Part shown: positions 20,890-35,499 of the stretch, in pieces
Layout of the letters: the number at the start of each line of letters is the position of its first letter
Numbering within the stretch: position 1 is the first letter of the stretch
Assembly (NCBI GenBank): GCA_964016885.1
Contig: OZ024741.1
Span: forward strand, 116,622,001-116,686,000
Direction of reading: 5' to 3'
Origin: Eledone cirrhosa
Lineage: Eukaryota
DNA: 64,000 nucleotides
Program-made: the position numbers and the translations under genes
Notes under the pieces: generated by a model
The model's database searches: none
What the model was told of the DNA's origin: nothing
The model's input: only the letters and a program-made list of their open reading frames with translations

Positions 20890-21735
20890 TATATGAGTGG
20901 TGTGTGAGGTATGAATGAAGTAGGGGTTAGTGGGATACGTATCCATATTATTTAATACCTGGGGAGTATATAAATGCAATCTCAGCTCTCTACAGCCATT
21001 GTATGCTTTTTCATGTGCTTTTGTTAATAGTTCCTCAACTTTAGGAAGTTTCTGCTCCGGCTGTCAGAAGCACTCACAATACTGTAGCAAGTGTACGGGG
21101 ATGAGACAATATTGCACTCACTTGTTTTCGAGTGGCACAAAAGGTTCAAAGGACTCAAGGATGTGGAAGATGACCCCAGGAGTGGAAAGCCTTCAACAAT
21201 TACAACTGAGGCCAGCACTGAGTGTGTGAGGTATGTGGTAGGGTGATTGTCGGCTGACTGTTCGACTGATTGCAAGTGAGCTGGGCATGAACTTAACAGC
21301 ATTTGGAAGATTGGGACATGTAGAACATCTGCATGAAGATGGTGGCAAAGCTACTGAACAATGACCAGAAGGAATGGTGCATGCAAGTGTGTCAGGACAT
21401 CCTTGAGCATCTTGTAACAGAACCAGACTTGTTGGGGAGAGTCATCACCGATGATGAGTTATGGATATTTGAGTACGACCCAGATATCAAGCATCAAGAC
21501 CTTCAGAGGATGAGTCTGGAATCACCGAGGCTGAAGAAGGCAAGACAGTTATCAAAGTACAAAGTCAAACTCATATTGACTGCATTCTTCGATGTGAGGA
21601 CCATCGTCCACATAGAGTTTTTGCTACAGGGCCAGACCATCAACCAGCATGTCTACAAAGAGATCATGTGGAGTTTGCTTTGTTCTGTATGCAAGAAGAG
21701 ATGAGAGTTGTGGCAGAACAAGTTGTGGCTGCTTA
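20890..21735 (+). pseudogene. Decayed mariner (Tc1/mariner) transposase
   Basis: VFEWHKRFK..DVEDDPRSGKPST, RVITDDELWIFEYDP, KVKLILTAFFD..IVHIEFL.QGQTINQ motifs with stops and frameshifts. Confidence 0.85.
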
Positions 21736-22084
21736 GTTATTGTTTAGGACATTATTCTAGGAGGAAAACTCTGATTAAAACCTGTGGCTTGATGGCAGCC
21801 AATGATATTGACATATTCTTCTTTTGTATACCTATCACCATTGTTCAGAGAGTGGGATTGGGTTAGTGTAAGACCTTTCTTAACTTCTGTTGCATGAGTA
21901 TTGCCTTTTCTTTTTTCTTTTGTTGAAGAATAGGTCACATGGGTGGCAGGACTAAATGTCATGCCACCCATGTATGAAAAGAAAAGTCAAGGGATAGCTA
22001 TTATATATGTATACACAAACACACACACATATATGAATATATCTCTCTCTATATATATGTATGCGTATGTGTATATATATATAT

Positions 22085-22695
22085 ATAGAAGTGGTTGATA
22101 GCTTCCGGTACCTAGGAGATCAGATTAGCATAGGAGGGGGGGGTGTTCCGAGGCCATAGTATCTAGAATAAGGACGGGTTGGAAGAAGTTTAGGGAGATG
22201 CTTCCTCTGCTGATGAAGAAGGGTTTCTCTCTGCGTATGAAAGGCCGGTTATATGATGCCTGTGTGAGGTGCGCGATGCTGCATGGTAGTGAGACATGGT
22301 CAGAAACTGCAGAGTATATGCGACGGCTGGAGAGAAATGAGGCAAGCATGCTCCGTTGGATGTGCAATGTCAATGTGCGTGAACGACCCAGCATGAATGT
22401 GTTGAGAGACAAACTGTGTTTAAGAGGGATAAGTTGTAGTGTGTGGGAGAAATGACTGCGATGGTATGGACATGTGATGCGCATGGAGGATGACCGCTGG
22501 ATAAAGAAGTGCCAAGAAATGCCAGTTGAAGGAAGACGTAGTAGAGGAAGACCACGAATAACGGAGGTGGTGAGAGCAGACATCAGATCGATGACTCGGT
22601 GGAGATGACGAAGGACCGTGACAAGTGGAGAGATGCTGTGCTGAATAGGACCCGTCCCACCCTTGCAAGCAGGGAAAAGCGGACGTAAAATGATA
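22085..22695 (+). mobile_element. RTE subfamily B 3' fragment
   Basis: IEVVDSFRYLGDQI..RLYDACVR..MLHGSETW; RTE tail. Confidence 0.9.
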
Positions 22696-22757
22696 CATAC
22701 ATATATGATATATATACACATACATATATATATGTATGTGTATATATATCATATATG

Positions 22758-22789
<32 letters not shown>

Positions 22790-22805
22790 TGTTTAAACAT
22801 ACATA

Positions 22806-23247
22806 TGTGGTGCAGATAAATCCAGAATCTTTATGTGGCAACAGCACTATGACATCACAGTGGAGCAAGGTTTCGAGAGTACCATTAGAATATACTACAA
22901 CTCAGTAGCTATCAGGCCAATGACGCATAAGGTGCTTAGAATACGATTTAATCGCCATTCTATAATCCTCTTGACTATTTTGTGTCTTGGAGAAGGAGGT
23001 GAACAGCTGACCCTACAACACCAATATGGCTCTCAAGGCAGCCCCTAGGGATGCCATGGCCAACATGGAGAGGGACACTCTTGTTATGGCCTGTGCCTGG
23101 AGAAAGTGGTAAGCACATCAAGTAATTTTTGTAACTTATATATCTGCCTAACTGTGTATAAAGTTTCATTGAAATATATTAATTTGTTATATAAAAAATA
23201 CTCTTTTTATTATCCATTAATTTTTTTCTGGATTTATCTGCAGCACA

Positions 23248-23250
<3 letters not shown>
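22806..23250. mobile_element. Non-autonomous Tc1/mariner-type MITE
   Basis: TIRs GTGGTGCAGATAAATCCAGAA / TTCTGGATTTATCTGCAGCAC with TA flanks. Confidence 0.7.
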
Positions 23251-23284
<34 letters not shown>

Positions 23285-23476
23285 TATATATAACATTTCT
23301 GAGGAGGGCATGTATATGTGAAGGTATGTATATTTCCTCTGATAATTTGTAATATTTTTACATAGATCTATATGATATACATACCAACACACATATACAT
23401 CCCAGAAACAATCGTAAAATGATGAATTTTTAATATAAGGAACTTGTTCTTTGTTTTTATTTCATTGTTTTTATTA

Positions 23477-24185
<709 letters not shown>

Positions 24186-24263
24186 GTATATATATATATG
24201 TATATATATATAAGTATAATATAAAACGAAAAATCAGTAATGCATCTGAACTCAATTTATTGT

Positions 24264-24351
24264 GTGCTACAATTGTTTCGCCGGCAGACAGCTCGAGACA
24301 TGATCATTGTATGGATCTGTCTGATTCTGGATCTGCAGGTTCGACGGACAC
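24264..24351 (-). ncRNA. Hammerhead-like motif with variant core CCGUCGA
   Basis: Inverted copy of 27101-27188. Confidence 0.55.
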
Positions 24352-24484
24352 TTCTAATGACTTCGGATCAAATTTTCTCACTGGGGTGTTAGCGTAAAAA
24401 AACATCCTCTTCGCTCGTCCTGCTATTGGCTGTTGTTTTTCTACGTCATCATAAATTTTGACCAACAGGTACTGTCAAACTGAC

Positions 24485-24591
24485 CATGGCCTCGTATAGG
24501 CATAGGCTACACTTTCTACTTCCAGCCGAGTATGCATTCACGTGCCGAACGATACTCCAGTTAAGGGCGTATGCATACACGTCCCTTCTTC
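24485..24591 (-). pseudogene. Fragment of a Penelope-like GIY-YIG endonuclease C-terminus
   Basis: Translates YALNWSIVRHVNAYSAGSRKCSLCLYEAM; W-x-I...Y...C-x-LCL-x-E is typical of PLE endonucleases. Confidence 0.65.
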
Positions 24592-24768
24592 TTTTTTATA
24601 TATCTCTATGTGACGTTATATGTATATTTTTAATATATTGTATATTTCTTTTTTATATGTGTGTATATATGTATGTGTATATGTATATATGTGTGTATAT
24701 ATAAATATATATATATATATGTGTATATGTGCATGTGTATGGATGTATGTATATGGTTATATTGTATA

Positions 24769-26097
24769 CTAGCAGAATGGCCCGGCGTTGCTCGGGATTT
24801 GCTATAGGGTTCTTATATATTTGATATAAATTTATCCTTATCGAACCTCGTGAAATAAATACGTTTGTTTATATTTTGTTATTGTGTATGCAAAAATATC
24901 TGTCCATAAATATATAATTATATATATATATATATTAAAATAACAGACTAAAGTTTAAGCAAAGAATCACTGCTTTCACCCTTAACGGGATATTCTACCT
25001 AAAAGCAGTATGAGGTACATACACTAAGACTAATTGATGTAATCTTTGGCCTTGTTTGTTTATATTTTGTTTTTGTGTGTGCAAACATATCTGTACACGA
25101 ATATCTATATTAAAATAACATATTAATGTTTAAGCAAAGAATCGCTGCTTTCAACCTTAACGGGATCTTCTTAAACTAAAAAAATCAATCTGGAAAACAG
25201 GAAGACGATACTTTGGTTCGTGAAGACGTTACCTGGCATAAGAATATATACACACACACACTGATCGCGTCATAATGACGTAATGCAGACAGTCAGGCAT
25301 ACAGACAGATATTATGAAGGCGCGACGTCATATCTATGTATCTATCTAAAAAGAGAAAGACTAAGAGAAAGAGAAAGAGATCGCTAAATCGCCTAATGCG
25401 GTCCCTAGGGCATTGAAAATTTGAAATTTTTTTTGCTTAAAACACTTCCGGGGTCATACGAGTTACATGTATAACGTTTGAAAAAAACCGGTTGGGTACT
25501 TCTCGAGTTTTAAGGAAACAGACACACAGACATCCTCTGTTTTATATATATAGACTAGCAGAAAACTACCCGGGTGGGCGGTTTTCTGCTAGTCTATATA
25601 TCTAAAACAGAGAATGTCTGTCTGTCTGTCAGCTCACTAAAACTTGAGAACCATCCAACCGATTGTTTTCAAACTTTAGACATGTAATACTTATAGTCCT
25701 GTGAGTGTTTTGATCAAAAATTATTTCAAATTTTCAATGCCCTAGGGACCGCATTAGGCGATTTAGCGTTCTCTCTATATAATTCTTAGTCTTTCTTTTT
25801 AGATAGATACATAGATATAGCGTTGCGCCCTTATAATATCTGTCTGTATGTCTGGCTGTCTGCATTACGTCATTATGACGCGCTCAGCGCGATTCCCTCG
25901 GCCTCAGTGACCAAAGTCAGTGGAGAGGGGAAGGTAATGTTTCTGTAGCACGTGTTTTAGCGTCTATTCACTCTCTCCCTCCCGCTATCCCCCTCTCGTA
26001 GTCTATCTCTTTCTTTCACTCTCACTCTCTCTCTACGCACGTATTTCCACTGTCGGACAGACAGACAGAGAAATTGCTGGTTATATATATAAGTAGA
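24769..26097 (-). mobile_element. Composite non-autonomous Helitron
   Basis: Minus-strand 5' TC at 26097, 3' hairpin CCCGAGCAACGCCGGG then CTAG at 24769, inserted between A and T without TSD; (CTGT)n near the 5' ends. Confidence 0.8.
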
Positions 26098-26245
26098 TAT
26101 ATATGTGAATGTTTACAAGATACATCCTTTAATGTATGACGTTATATGTATATTTTAGTATATTGTAGGTTTTTTTTACATATGTGTATGTATGTGTGTG
26201 TGTATGTACATATATGTGTGTGTGTATATATATATATATGTATAT

Positions 26246-26285
<40 letters not shown>

Positions 26286-27100
26286 ATGTATATGGTTATA
26301 TTGTTTATATTTGTGTATGTGTATAACAAGATACATCCTTTCATGTATTACCTATTGTATGACCCATTGTGTAGCTTTATATGACTTTGTGTGTATATCA
26401 TATTTGTGTATAGACAGATATATGTATGTATCTTTGTAAACGTACGTGGGCCTGTAGGTAATAGGCGCATATTTGTGAGAGTGTATATGAGCCAGTGTGT
26501 GTGTGTGTATGTAAGTGCACCTACTGTAGGGTAAGGGCTTGTTTGTGTGTATACATATGTATATATACATATATATGTGTGTTTGCGGCGAGTCTGTTTT
26601 TGCTACCTATATATATGGACACGTGTATGTATGTGCGTGAGCGTGTCTATGTATATGTGTTTGTGTATGCGAGTAGATATACGCGTATGCGTGTGTGTGC
26701 GTGTGTGTGTGCATGTGTGAGTTGATGTACATGGGCATGTAGGCAGGCGTCTGTGGGCGCGTATGTCTATAGCTTTATGGGTTCTCTTTAGGTGAGTATT
26801 ATAGCGGGATTATATGCGTACGGATGTTGTTATTTATATGATTGTGTGCGTGTGAGTGTGTGTGGGTGTGTATATATTTATGTGTGTATGAGTGCGCGCG
26901 TGGACGTGTGAACTACCAAACCCAGCAGGGATTCATTGAAGTGTGGCAGAAAAAAACACAGCTGATGGTCAGTTTGACAGTACCTGTTGGTCAAAATGTA
27001 CGATGACGTAGAAAAACAACAGCCAATAGCAGGACGAGCGAAGAGGATGTTTTTTTACGCTAACACCCCAGTGAGAAAATTTGATCCGAAGTCATTAGAA

Positions 27101-27188
27101 GTGTCCGTCGAACCTGCAGATTCAGAATCAGACAGATCCACACAATGATCGTGTCTCGAGCTGTCTGCCGGTGAAACAATTGTAACAC
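27101..27188 (+). ncRNA. Hammerhead-like motif with variant core CCGUCGA and long stem II
   Basis: GTGT/ACAC stem I, CCGTCGA 27105-27111, ACC.GCAGA/TCTGC.GGT stem II, GAAAC-AATT-GTA palindromic stem III, AATAAA at 27191. Confidence 0.6.
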
Positions 27189-27616
27189 ACAATAAATTGA
27201 GTTCAGATGCATCACTGATTTTTCGTTTTATATTATATCACACTCTGATCTGTAAGAGCATAGAGTGCTCATCCGGCACACCGCCTATGGAAGCATCTTA
27301 GCTACCATCAGACACATATATATAAGTATATATATATATATATATATGAGATGTGAGAAAAACCATGGACCCTCCATCTCAACTCTACTTTTGAAAAGCA
27401 GAAGAACTGCGAAACCGGTAAAGGAACCAAATAAATATATATATTTAAAAAAAAATAAGACTCCAGTTGCATTTTCGATTTCATCTTTTTTTCTTTATAC
27501 TTTCACTCGTGTAGGACACCTCGGTTAACTGTTATATAATGTAACTTGGTATCCTTGAAATATATATAATGAAATAAATATGGTTTTATAAATATAGTTT
27601 CCATTTATTAATATCG

Positions 27617-27647
<31 letters not shown>

Positions 27648-28285
27648 TCATCGTTTAACTACATTTTTCCACGCGAGCATGGGTTAGATGAGAAAAAAAA
27701 TATCATTTAACACCTCCATCAGGTTAACAACGATTGGACATATATATATATGTGAGTGTGTGTGTGTGTGTGAATGAGATAGTATGAGAGAGAAAGTTTG
27801 AGAAAGAGGAATGGAGGAGAAGGGGGAGGAAGGGAATAGTATTTTGTTGCTTTTGTTTTGTTTGTTACAGTAGAAGGTAGTGATATCATATTACTACAGA
27901 TCTATAATTGGGCATCATGTGATAAGGACACAAGGGGGAGGAGGAGAAAAATAACTAGTAAACAAAGCAGTAAACAAACAAGTACACAATAAGAGGCATT
28001 ATTATATAATAAATATTATCAGAAAACAAAATATAGAATGAAAGATGCTAAGCAAATGATATCTGATACTGTAGTGTTGACTATAGATATCATATATTAT
28101 AATGTAATACACTGACACACATACATACACATACATGCATAAACACACACATAGATACACACACCTATACACATACAGATACGTGCACATGCACGCACAC
28201 ACATATATACACTCACAGATACACACACATGCACAGACACATATACACAAACACACACAACTATGTACACACACACTCATACATA

Positions 28286-28725
<440 letters not shown>

Positions 28726-29072
28726 ATATATTTGAAAAAAAGGAAAAGAATGACTTCACTTGTAGTGTTAAATAATTTGATTTCATTTTATAATATAATA
28801 TTATGAGTTGGTAGTGAAGTCATTCTTTTCTTTTTTTTTAAAATATATCTAACTGTACCAAGGATCTCACACATTTTCCAATATATATATATATGATATT
28901 TATTTAATTATGTCTCATATAAAATAATACAACCAGCTATCCACGAAATACTGATTAGTTAGCACCCCAAACACTAAATTGGGAAAATACTTAGGTATAT
29001 CTTAATGTTTGTTGAGTGAGAATGGAGTTGGTCAGAGTATCGCTTAAGGCTTTCTCTGTTAATGTATTAAAA

Positions 29073-29137
<65 letters not shown>

Positions 29138-29138
29138 C

Positions 29139-29209
<71 letters not shown>

Positions 29210-29239
29210 CATACATATACATACATATATGAAGAATAT

Positions 29240-31235
29240 ACAGCCGCTAAGAGAGAAGCTAGACGTACTTAGCACGCAGGGAGGCTACGCGTAGGAGGTT
29301 TGCCATGTTCTGCGACTCAAAGATCAGAGGCGTGCGGTGTTCCACATTGCAAGGCAGTGTGTCAATGCAAATCAGGATGTTGTTGGAGATAAATGTGTCC
29401 GGAATGATGCCGGTGTACTTAGTGTCACGAATGATCAGAAAAAGGAGGCCTGGAAATGTCATTATGAGAGACTGATGAATGTGGAGAACGAATGGAAGAG
29501 AGAGAAATTACTCTTAGTAGATCCGACAGAGGGACCAGCTATTGAGATTGACGAATATAGGGTCCAAGAGGCGATTAAGGAAATGAAAAATGGTAAGGCT
29601 GCTGGACCATCGGGAATAGTTGCTGAGATGCTGAAGGCATCAGGGGACGTAAGCACTAAACTGGTTGCATGCATCATCAATCAGGCTATATATGGTGGTG
29701 TCATACCCAAAGGCTGGTGCAGCAGTTTTCTCATAAATTTCTACAAAGGTAAAGGGGATGCTCTGGAGAGGAGCAATTATAGGGGTATAAAACTGATGGA
29801 TCAGGTTATGAAAGTGGCAGAAAGGATATTAGCATAACTAATTAGAGAAAGGGTCAAACTAGATGAGATGCAGTTTGGTTTTGTGCCTGGGAAGAGTACA
29901 ACAGATGCCCTCTTCTTGGTGAGACAATTGCAAGAGAGGTTCTTAGAGAAAAATAAACCACTATACTTAGCCTTTGTTGACCTAGAGAAGGCCTTTGATA
30001 GGGTACCCCGATCTGTCATCTGGTGGTCCCTAAGGAAACTAGGTGTTGAGGAATGGCTTGTGAGGACAGTGCAAACTTTGTACAGAGGTACTCTCAGTAA
30101 AGTTAGGGTAGGAATGGAGTTTAGTGAGGAATTCCAGATACAAGTAGGAGTACATCAAAGTTCGGTCCTCAGCCCGCTCTTGTTCATTATAGTCCTCCAA
30201 GCCATAACAGAGGAGTTTAAGACTGGCTGTCCATGGGAACTTCTCTATGCTGATGATCTGGTTCTTATAGCAGAATCAGTAGAGGAGCTAGAGAATAAAT
30301 TCTGGCTCTGGAAACAGCAGTTGGAAGCAAGAGGACTGAGAGTAAATCTAGCTAAGACAAAAGTGTTGATGAGTAGAAAAGAGGACAAAACTCTGATTCC
30401 GTCAGGGAAATGGCCATGTTCGATATGTAGAAAAGGAACTGGCATAAATTCTATAAAATGCACACAATGCAGATCCTGGGTAGACAATAGATGTAGCAGG
30501 ATAGCAGGCAAACTAACAGGTAGGGAGAAATATGTATGCAGCAGATGTACAGGGAAATTAGACAGTAGAAGTCACATTGATAGACACATTTTTCAAATGC
30601 AGGAGAGTGCTATAGAAGTGGTGGATAGCTTCCAGTACCTAGGAGATCAGATTAGAATGGGAGGGGGTGTTCCGAGGGCCATAGTATCTAGAATAAGGAC
30701 GGGTTGGAAGAAGTTTAGGGAGCTGCTTCTTCTGCTGACGAAGAAGGGTTTCTCCCTGCGTACGAAAGGCTGGTTATATGATGCCTGTGTGAGGAGCACG
30801 ATGCTGCATGGTAGTGAGACATGGGCAGCAACTGCAGAGTATATGCGACGGCTGGAGAGAAATGAGGCAAGCATGCTCCATTGGATATGTAGTGTAAATG
30901 TGCGTGAACGACCCAGCATGAATGTGTTGAGAGAGAAACTGTGTCTGAGAGGGATAGAATGTAGTGTACGGGAGAGGAGACTGAGGTAGTATGGACATGT
31001 GATGCGCATGGAGAATGCCCGATGGGTGAAGAAGTGCCAGGAAATGCCAGTTGAAGGAAGACCACGAAAAACAAGGGTGGAGGTGGTGAGAACAGACCTC
31101 AGATTGTTGAAGCTCACAGTGGAGATGACGAAGGACCGTGACGAGTGGAGAGATGCTGTGCTGAATAAGACCCGTCCCACCCTTGCATGCAGGGAAGAGC
31201 GGATGTAAAATGATGATGATGATGATGATGATGAT
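29240..31235 (+). pseudogene. 5'-truncated decayed RTE (subfamily B)
   Basis: RT motifs in ORFs 29337-29837, 29868-30989 and 30999-31208 interrupted by stops; (GAT)n tail. Confidence 0.9.
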
Positions 31236-32585
31236 ATATGGATAAGAAGGTAGCTTGGAAGTGTCACTGCGAGAGGCTACTAAATGAGAATAAATGGGAA
31301 AAAGATAGTCTGCCCCAAATCGATCCAATAGAGGGACCAACAGTGCAAGTTGAAGGTAGTATAATAAGTAAGGCAATGAAAGATATGAAGACAGGCAAAG
31401 CTGCTGGATCGGTGGGACACACTATGGTTTCCCAGATAGTAAACCAAGTCAGACAGAATGGGGTCATACCAAATGACTGGCGTAGCAGCATCATCATTAA
31501 CTGCTACAAGGGTAACGGAGAGGCCCTAGATAGGGGAAACTATAGAGGCATTAAATTAATTGAGCAGGTCATGAAGGTCGCAGAAAGAGTTATAGCGCAA
31601 CTAATCAGCGAGTGAATTAATCTAGATGAAATGCAGTTTGGGTTTGTGTCAGGTAAAAGTACCACAGACGCTCTGTTCCTTGTATGACAACTACAGAAGT
31701 ACCTAGCTAAAAGTAAACCCCTATACTTAGCTTTTGTTGACTTGGAGAAAGCCTTTGACAGAGTCCCCCGTTCCATTATCTGGTGGGCTCTTAGAAAACT
31801 TGGTGTAGATGAATGGCTTGTGAGAGCTATACAAGCCATGTATAAAGAAACAGTCAGCAAGGTTAGAATTAACAACGAATATAGTGAATAATTTAGCGTA
31901 AAAGTTGGTGTTCATCAGGGCTCTGTCCTTAGCCCCCTTATTTATTATTGCCCTTCAGGCTATAACAGAGGAGTTCAAGACTGGCTGCCCATGGAAACTT
32001 CTATATGCAGATGATCTAACGCTCATAGTTGAATCTATGGCTGAACTAGAGAAGAAATTCCAAACATGGAAGCATGGCCTAGAATCAAAAGGCCTTAAAG
32101 TTAACTTGTCTAAGACTAAAGTTCTAGTATGTAGGAAAGAAAATAGGGCACTGGTCCCCTCTGGGAAATGGCCATGCTCAGTGTGTAGGAAAGGAGTAGG
32201 CAGAAACTCCATTTTATGTCCCAAATGCAAAGTATGGGTGCATAAAAGATGTAGTGGGATCACAGGTAAGCTAACTAAGAACATAGATTTTATATGTGGG
32301 CTGTGCTCAGGTGCAATAAGTAGCAATTGCCCACTGGATACTAGCTCCTTCCATTGCCCAGATGGTTCTATAGAAATAGTGGACACCTTCCGTTACCTAG
32401 GTGACAAAATCAGCAGTGGTGGAGAGCGCTCTGAAAGTACAGTAGCCAGAGTCAGAATGGGATGGAAAAAGTTCAGAGAGCTTATACCACTATTGGCCGC
32501 TAAATGTTTCTCTCTAAGTGGGACAATTCCTGTCTAAACCCATGCTAGCGTGGAAGATAGACGTTAAATGATGATTATGATGATA
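31236..32585 (+). pseudogene. Decayed RTE (subfamily A) fragment, internally deleted and joined to its tail
   Basis: Similar to 18740-20060 with stops; jumps to the tail at about 32515. Confidence 0.88.
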
Positions 32586-33369
32586 CATATATACATATGA
32601 TGTCTGTATCTTTCTTTTGAGAATTGCCATTACTTAATTCCTTTCTCACATATGGGTAGCACAAACGTGACCTTTTTGCATTGCCAAGGACTTGCAGCCC
32701 TTTCTACATATGTTGCAGTGAAAGAGAAATAAAAATTCTTTTCAGCTATAGCCAGCCATGTTCAGGCAATATTTGTGGGGAAAAAAAGATCAGGAATCTT
32801 CTAAATGTTGGGCATTCATGTGGTTAAAAAACATTCTTTTGGAGCTCCCTGAAAAATCCTTAGTTTAATTTATGTCATGGTAACTTCCTCAGCTTAAAGA
32901 ACTATTATCTTAAACTATTGATAAAGGTGTCAAATGAAATAATAATAATGAAAATTATTGTGTATAGTGCTCAGGTGCACAACTCATTGAAAGTACATGT
33001 ATAGTACATAGAATAATGTACAAATGTCAGGAAAGTGAACAGTGTATGAGTCATGATATACACAGACACACATATGGAGGGGGAGTATCAGGTCTAGTGT
33101 TGGCGAATTTCAGGAAGCATGGAAGTTTGAAGGATACAGTGTCCCAACAGCTAACAATTTAGATCTAATATTTAGATTTATAACTTATGGCAGAGTTGTT
33201 AATGTGGTGGATTAAAAATGCTTCAGCATTTGTTCCAGCTCACTGCACACTGAGTTCAAATCTTGCCTAAGTTGACTTTGCCTTTCATTCTTTGAGGTTG
33301 ATAAAGTACCGGTCGAGTACTGGAATCGATTCTTCTCCGCCCTCCTCTCTCTTATTTTGGTGAATAGTC

Positions 33370-33745
33370 ATTGAAATATCTAGAGGTGCAACTAGGTAAC
33401 TAGTAATGGGTTGTGAAACAAGTGGAGGAAAAAACTGATGCAGCACAGAAATCCTTGCTAAAGATAGCACAAGATTGTAAGCTGAAGTATTTTGGACATG
33501 AAGTGAGACAACCCAAAGATTTATGACTGGTGAGCACTGTAATACATGGATATGTGCCGGGCAGCAGGGGAAGAGGGTGGCCAAGAAGGTGCTGGATGAA
33601 CGACATCTGCATATGGACCGACAGGAGTTCCTATGAGGTGATCAGAATGATGTAAGACAGGATTGGTTGAAGGAAATTGCAGAAGGCATCCACGAACCCT
33701 TGGGGTCTATGATGATGATGATGATGATAATGATGATGATGAGAT
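33370..33745 (+). mobile_element. Old RTE 3' fragment
   Basis: LKYFGH..TVIHGYVPGSRGRGWPRRCW.NDI; (GAT)n tail. Confidence 0.7.
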
Positions 33746-34562
33746 TTTTTTTTCATGTGGTGTATATTATTTGTTGTTTATTTTAACTATTTATCTAATT
33801 CATAGAGTCATAGCACTTACTATCCATCATGAATAGTTTATATAAAGTAAAATTGTACTGCCTAGGTTTATGCATATCTAACTATTGTTGGATTTTTGTT
33901 GGTTCCTAAGACAAAAACCAAACAGCCAGCTCATGAAATTAATGTACAAAATTAAGAACCCTTAAAGTAGTTCTCAAGAAGATTCAGTATGAATTAGTGT
34001 GCTGCAATTGGCCCTTTGAATTACATGTATGACTAATTTTTATAACTGAATCGACTGAAGTAATGTGAAACAAAGCCTTGCTCAAGAACACAATGTGTCA
34101 CTAGGAATCAAACTGCTGACCTTACAATCATGAGCCAAATGCTCTAACTACTGAACCATACACCTTTACTGCATCTGTCTTCTTTGTGTATATAATAATG
34201 ATTTTTGATTTAGACACTAGGTCAACAGTTATTAGGGCGGGGAGTTAATTAAATCGACCCCAGTGTATTACTGGTCCTTGATTGACCTGTAAGGACGAAA
34301 GGCAAAGCTAACCTCAGCAAGATTTGAACCCAGAACGTAAAGGGACATAGCTATATGACACAAAGCATATTGTCCGATACTCTACCAATACTCTCAATCC
34401 ACTGCCCTTTGTATATATAACAATGACAAATGCACAACCAAATCAGATTTGGAAGGCTACACATGTCATTGAGTGCTTGAACCTGATTGCATCATTATTT
34501 ACTGATTGGAGTGTTGAATATGTAACCCTGGTTAGTTAACATCTTATAACACAAAAATATAT

Positions 34563-34607
<45 letters not shown>

Positions 34608-34836
34608 ATTTTCTATTTCATACCTATTTATCCCTACTAGAGTGTGAGATATGCCATTTGTGCTGTTAGATATTTGTATATGTTGTTACAGTGTTACTTA
34701 TAAATAGATGCACTATCAAATGGGAAACACTCAATTTAAAAGTAGAAGTGGACAGCTAGTCAAAACACTGTATAGAGGCAAGAAATTCCTAAAAACAATG
34801 GGTGTGGTTACCTCATAGGTATGTTGTCCCAGCTCT

Positions 34837-34956
<120 letters not shown>

Positions 34957-34974
34957 GATATATATAAACACACA

Positions 34975-35057
34975 CACAGAGAGTGCAGCAAAAATACCTT
35001 CCACATTTTAAGTGTTGAACGTGTAAAATATGGGAGTTTTTTCTGCCACACTCTGTA
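34975..35057. mobile_element. Tiny Tc1-like MITE / hairpin remnant
   Basis: Imperfect inverted repeat CAGAGAGTGCAGCAAAAATACCTTCCACATTTTA / TAAAATATGGGAGTTTTTTCTGCCACACTCTG. Confidence 0.5.
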
Positions 35058-35499
35058 TGTATATATATATTTATATACACACACACATATATACATATAT
35101 ATTATTCCAAGTCAAAAAACATTGGTTGATCAAGTAATTGACCAACTGTAGTGTAAACAGATGAAAGTACTCCATGATGTAGGTACCTTAAGGGATTAGA
35201 CGGAGTGTCATTATCATACAAAAATGAAGAGATACGGTATTATATATATATCCTTTGTTTATTATGTCATCCTCTTTTGCACATTTCGAAGACATCAAAG
35301 TGGCTGTGGAATAACCATCAAATGATTATTATGTAATCACTTTGATGTCTTCCTTTCTCTCTATCGTTCTCTGGGAGAAATTTGCTGTATTCAGACCTGG
35401 AGAGGAGATGGGCTCCACCAGGTTTTTAAAAATGCCCTAGAAATGGTGTATTTCAACATGGTGCCACTATGACTCCTTGGGAGTTACGAGTCCATACAT

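Larger units (their letters stand above)
24215..27237 (+). mobile_element. Penelope-like element relic with inverted pLTR duplication (arms 24215-24489 and 26965-27237)
   Basis: About 270-bp inverted arms, each with a hammerhead-like fold and AATAAA; adjacent GIY-YIG-type fragment; Helitron nested inside. Confidence 0.7.

Noticed and set aside
24215-27237. Large DNA transposon with 270-bp TIRs
   Set aside because: No TSD or transposase; arms hold hammerhead folds and AATAAA and adjoin a GIY-YIG-type fragment, favouring a Penelope-like origin
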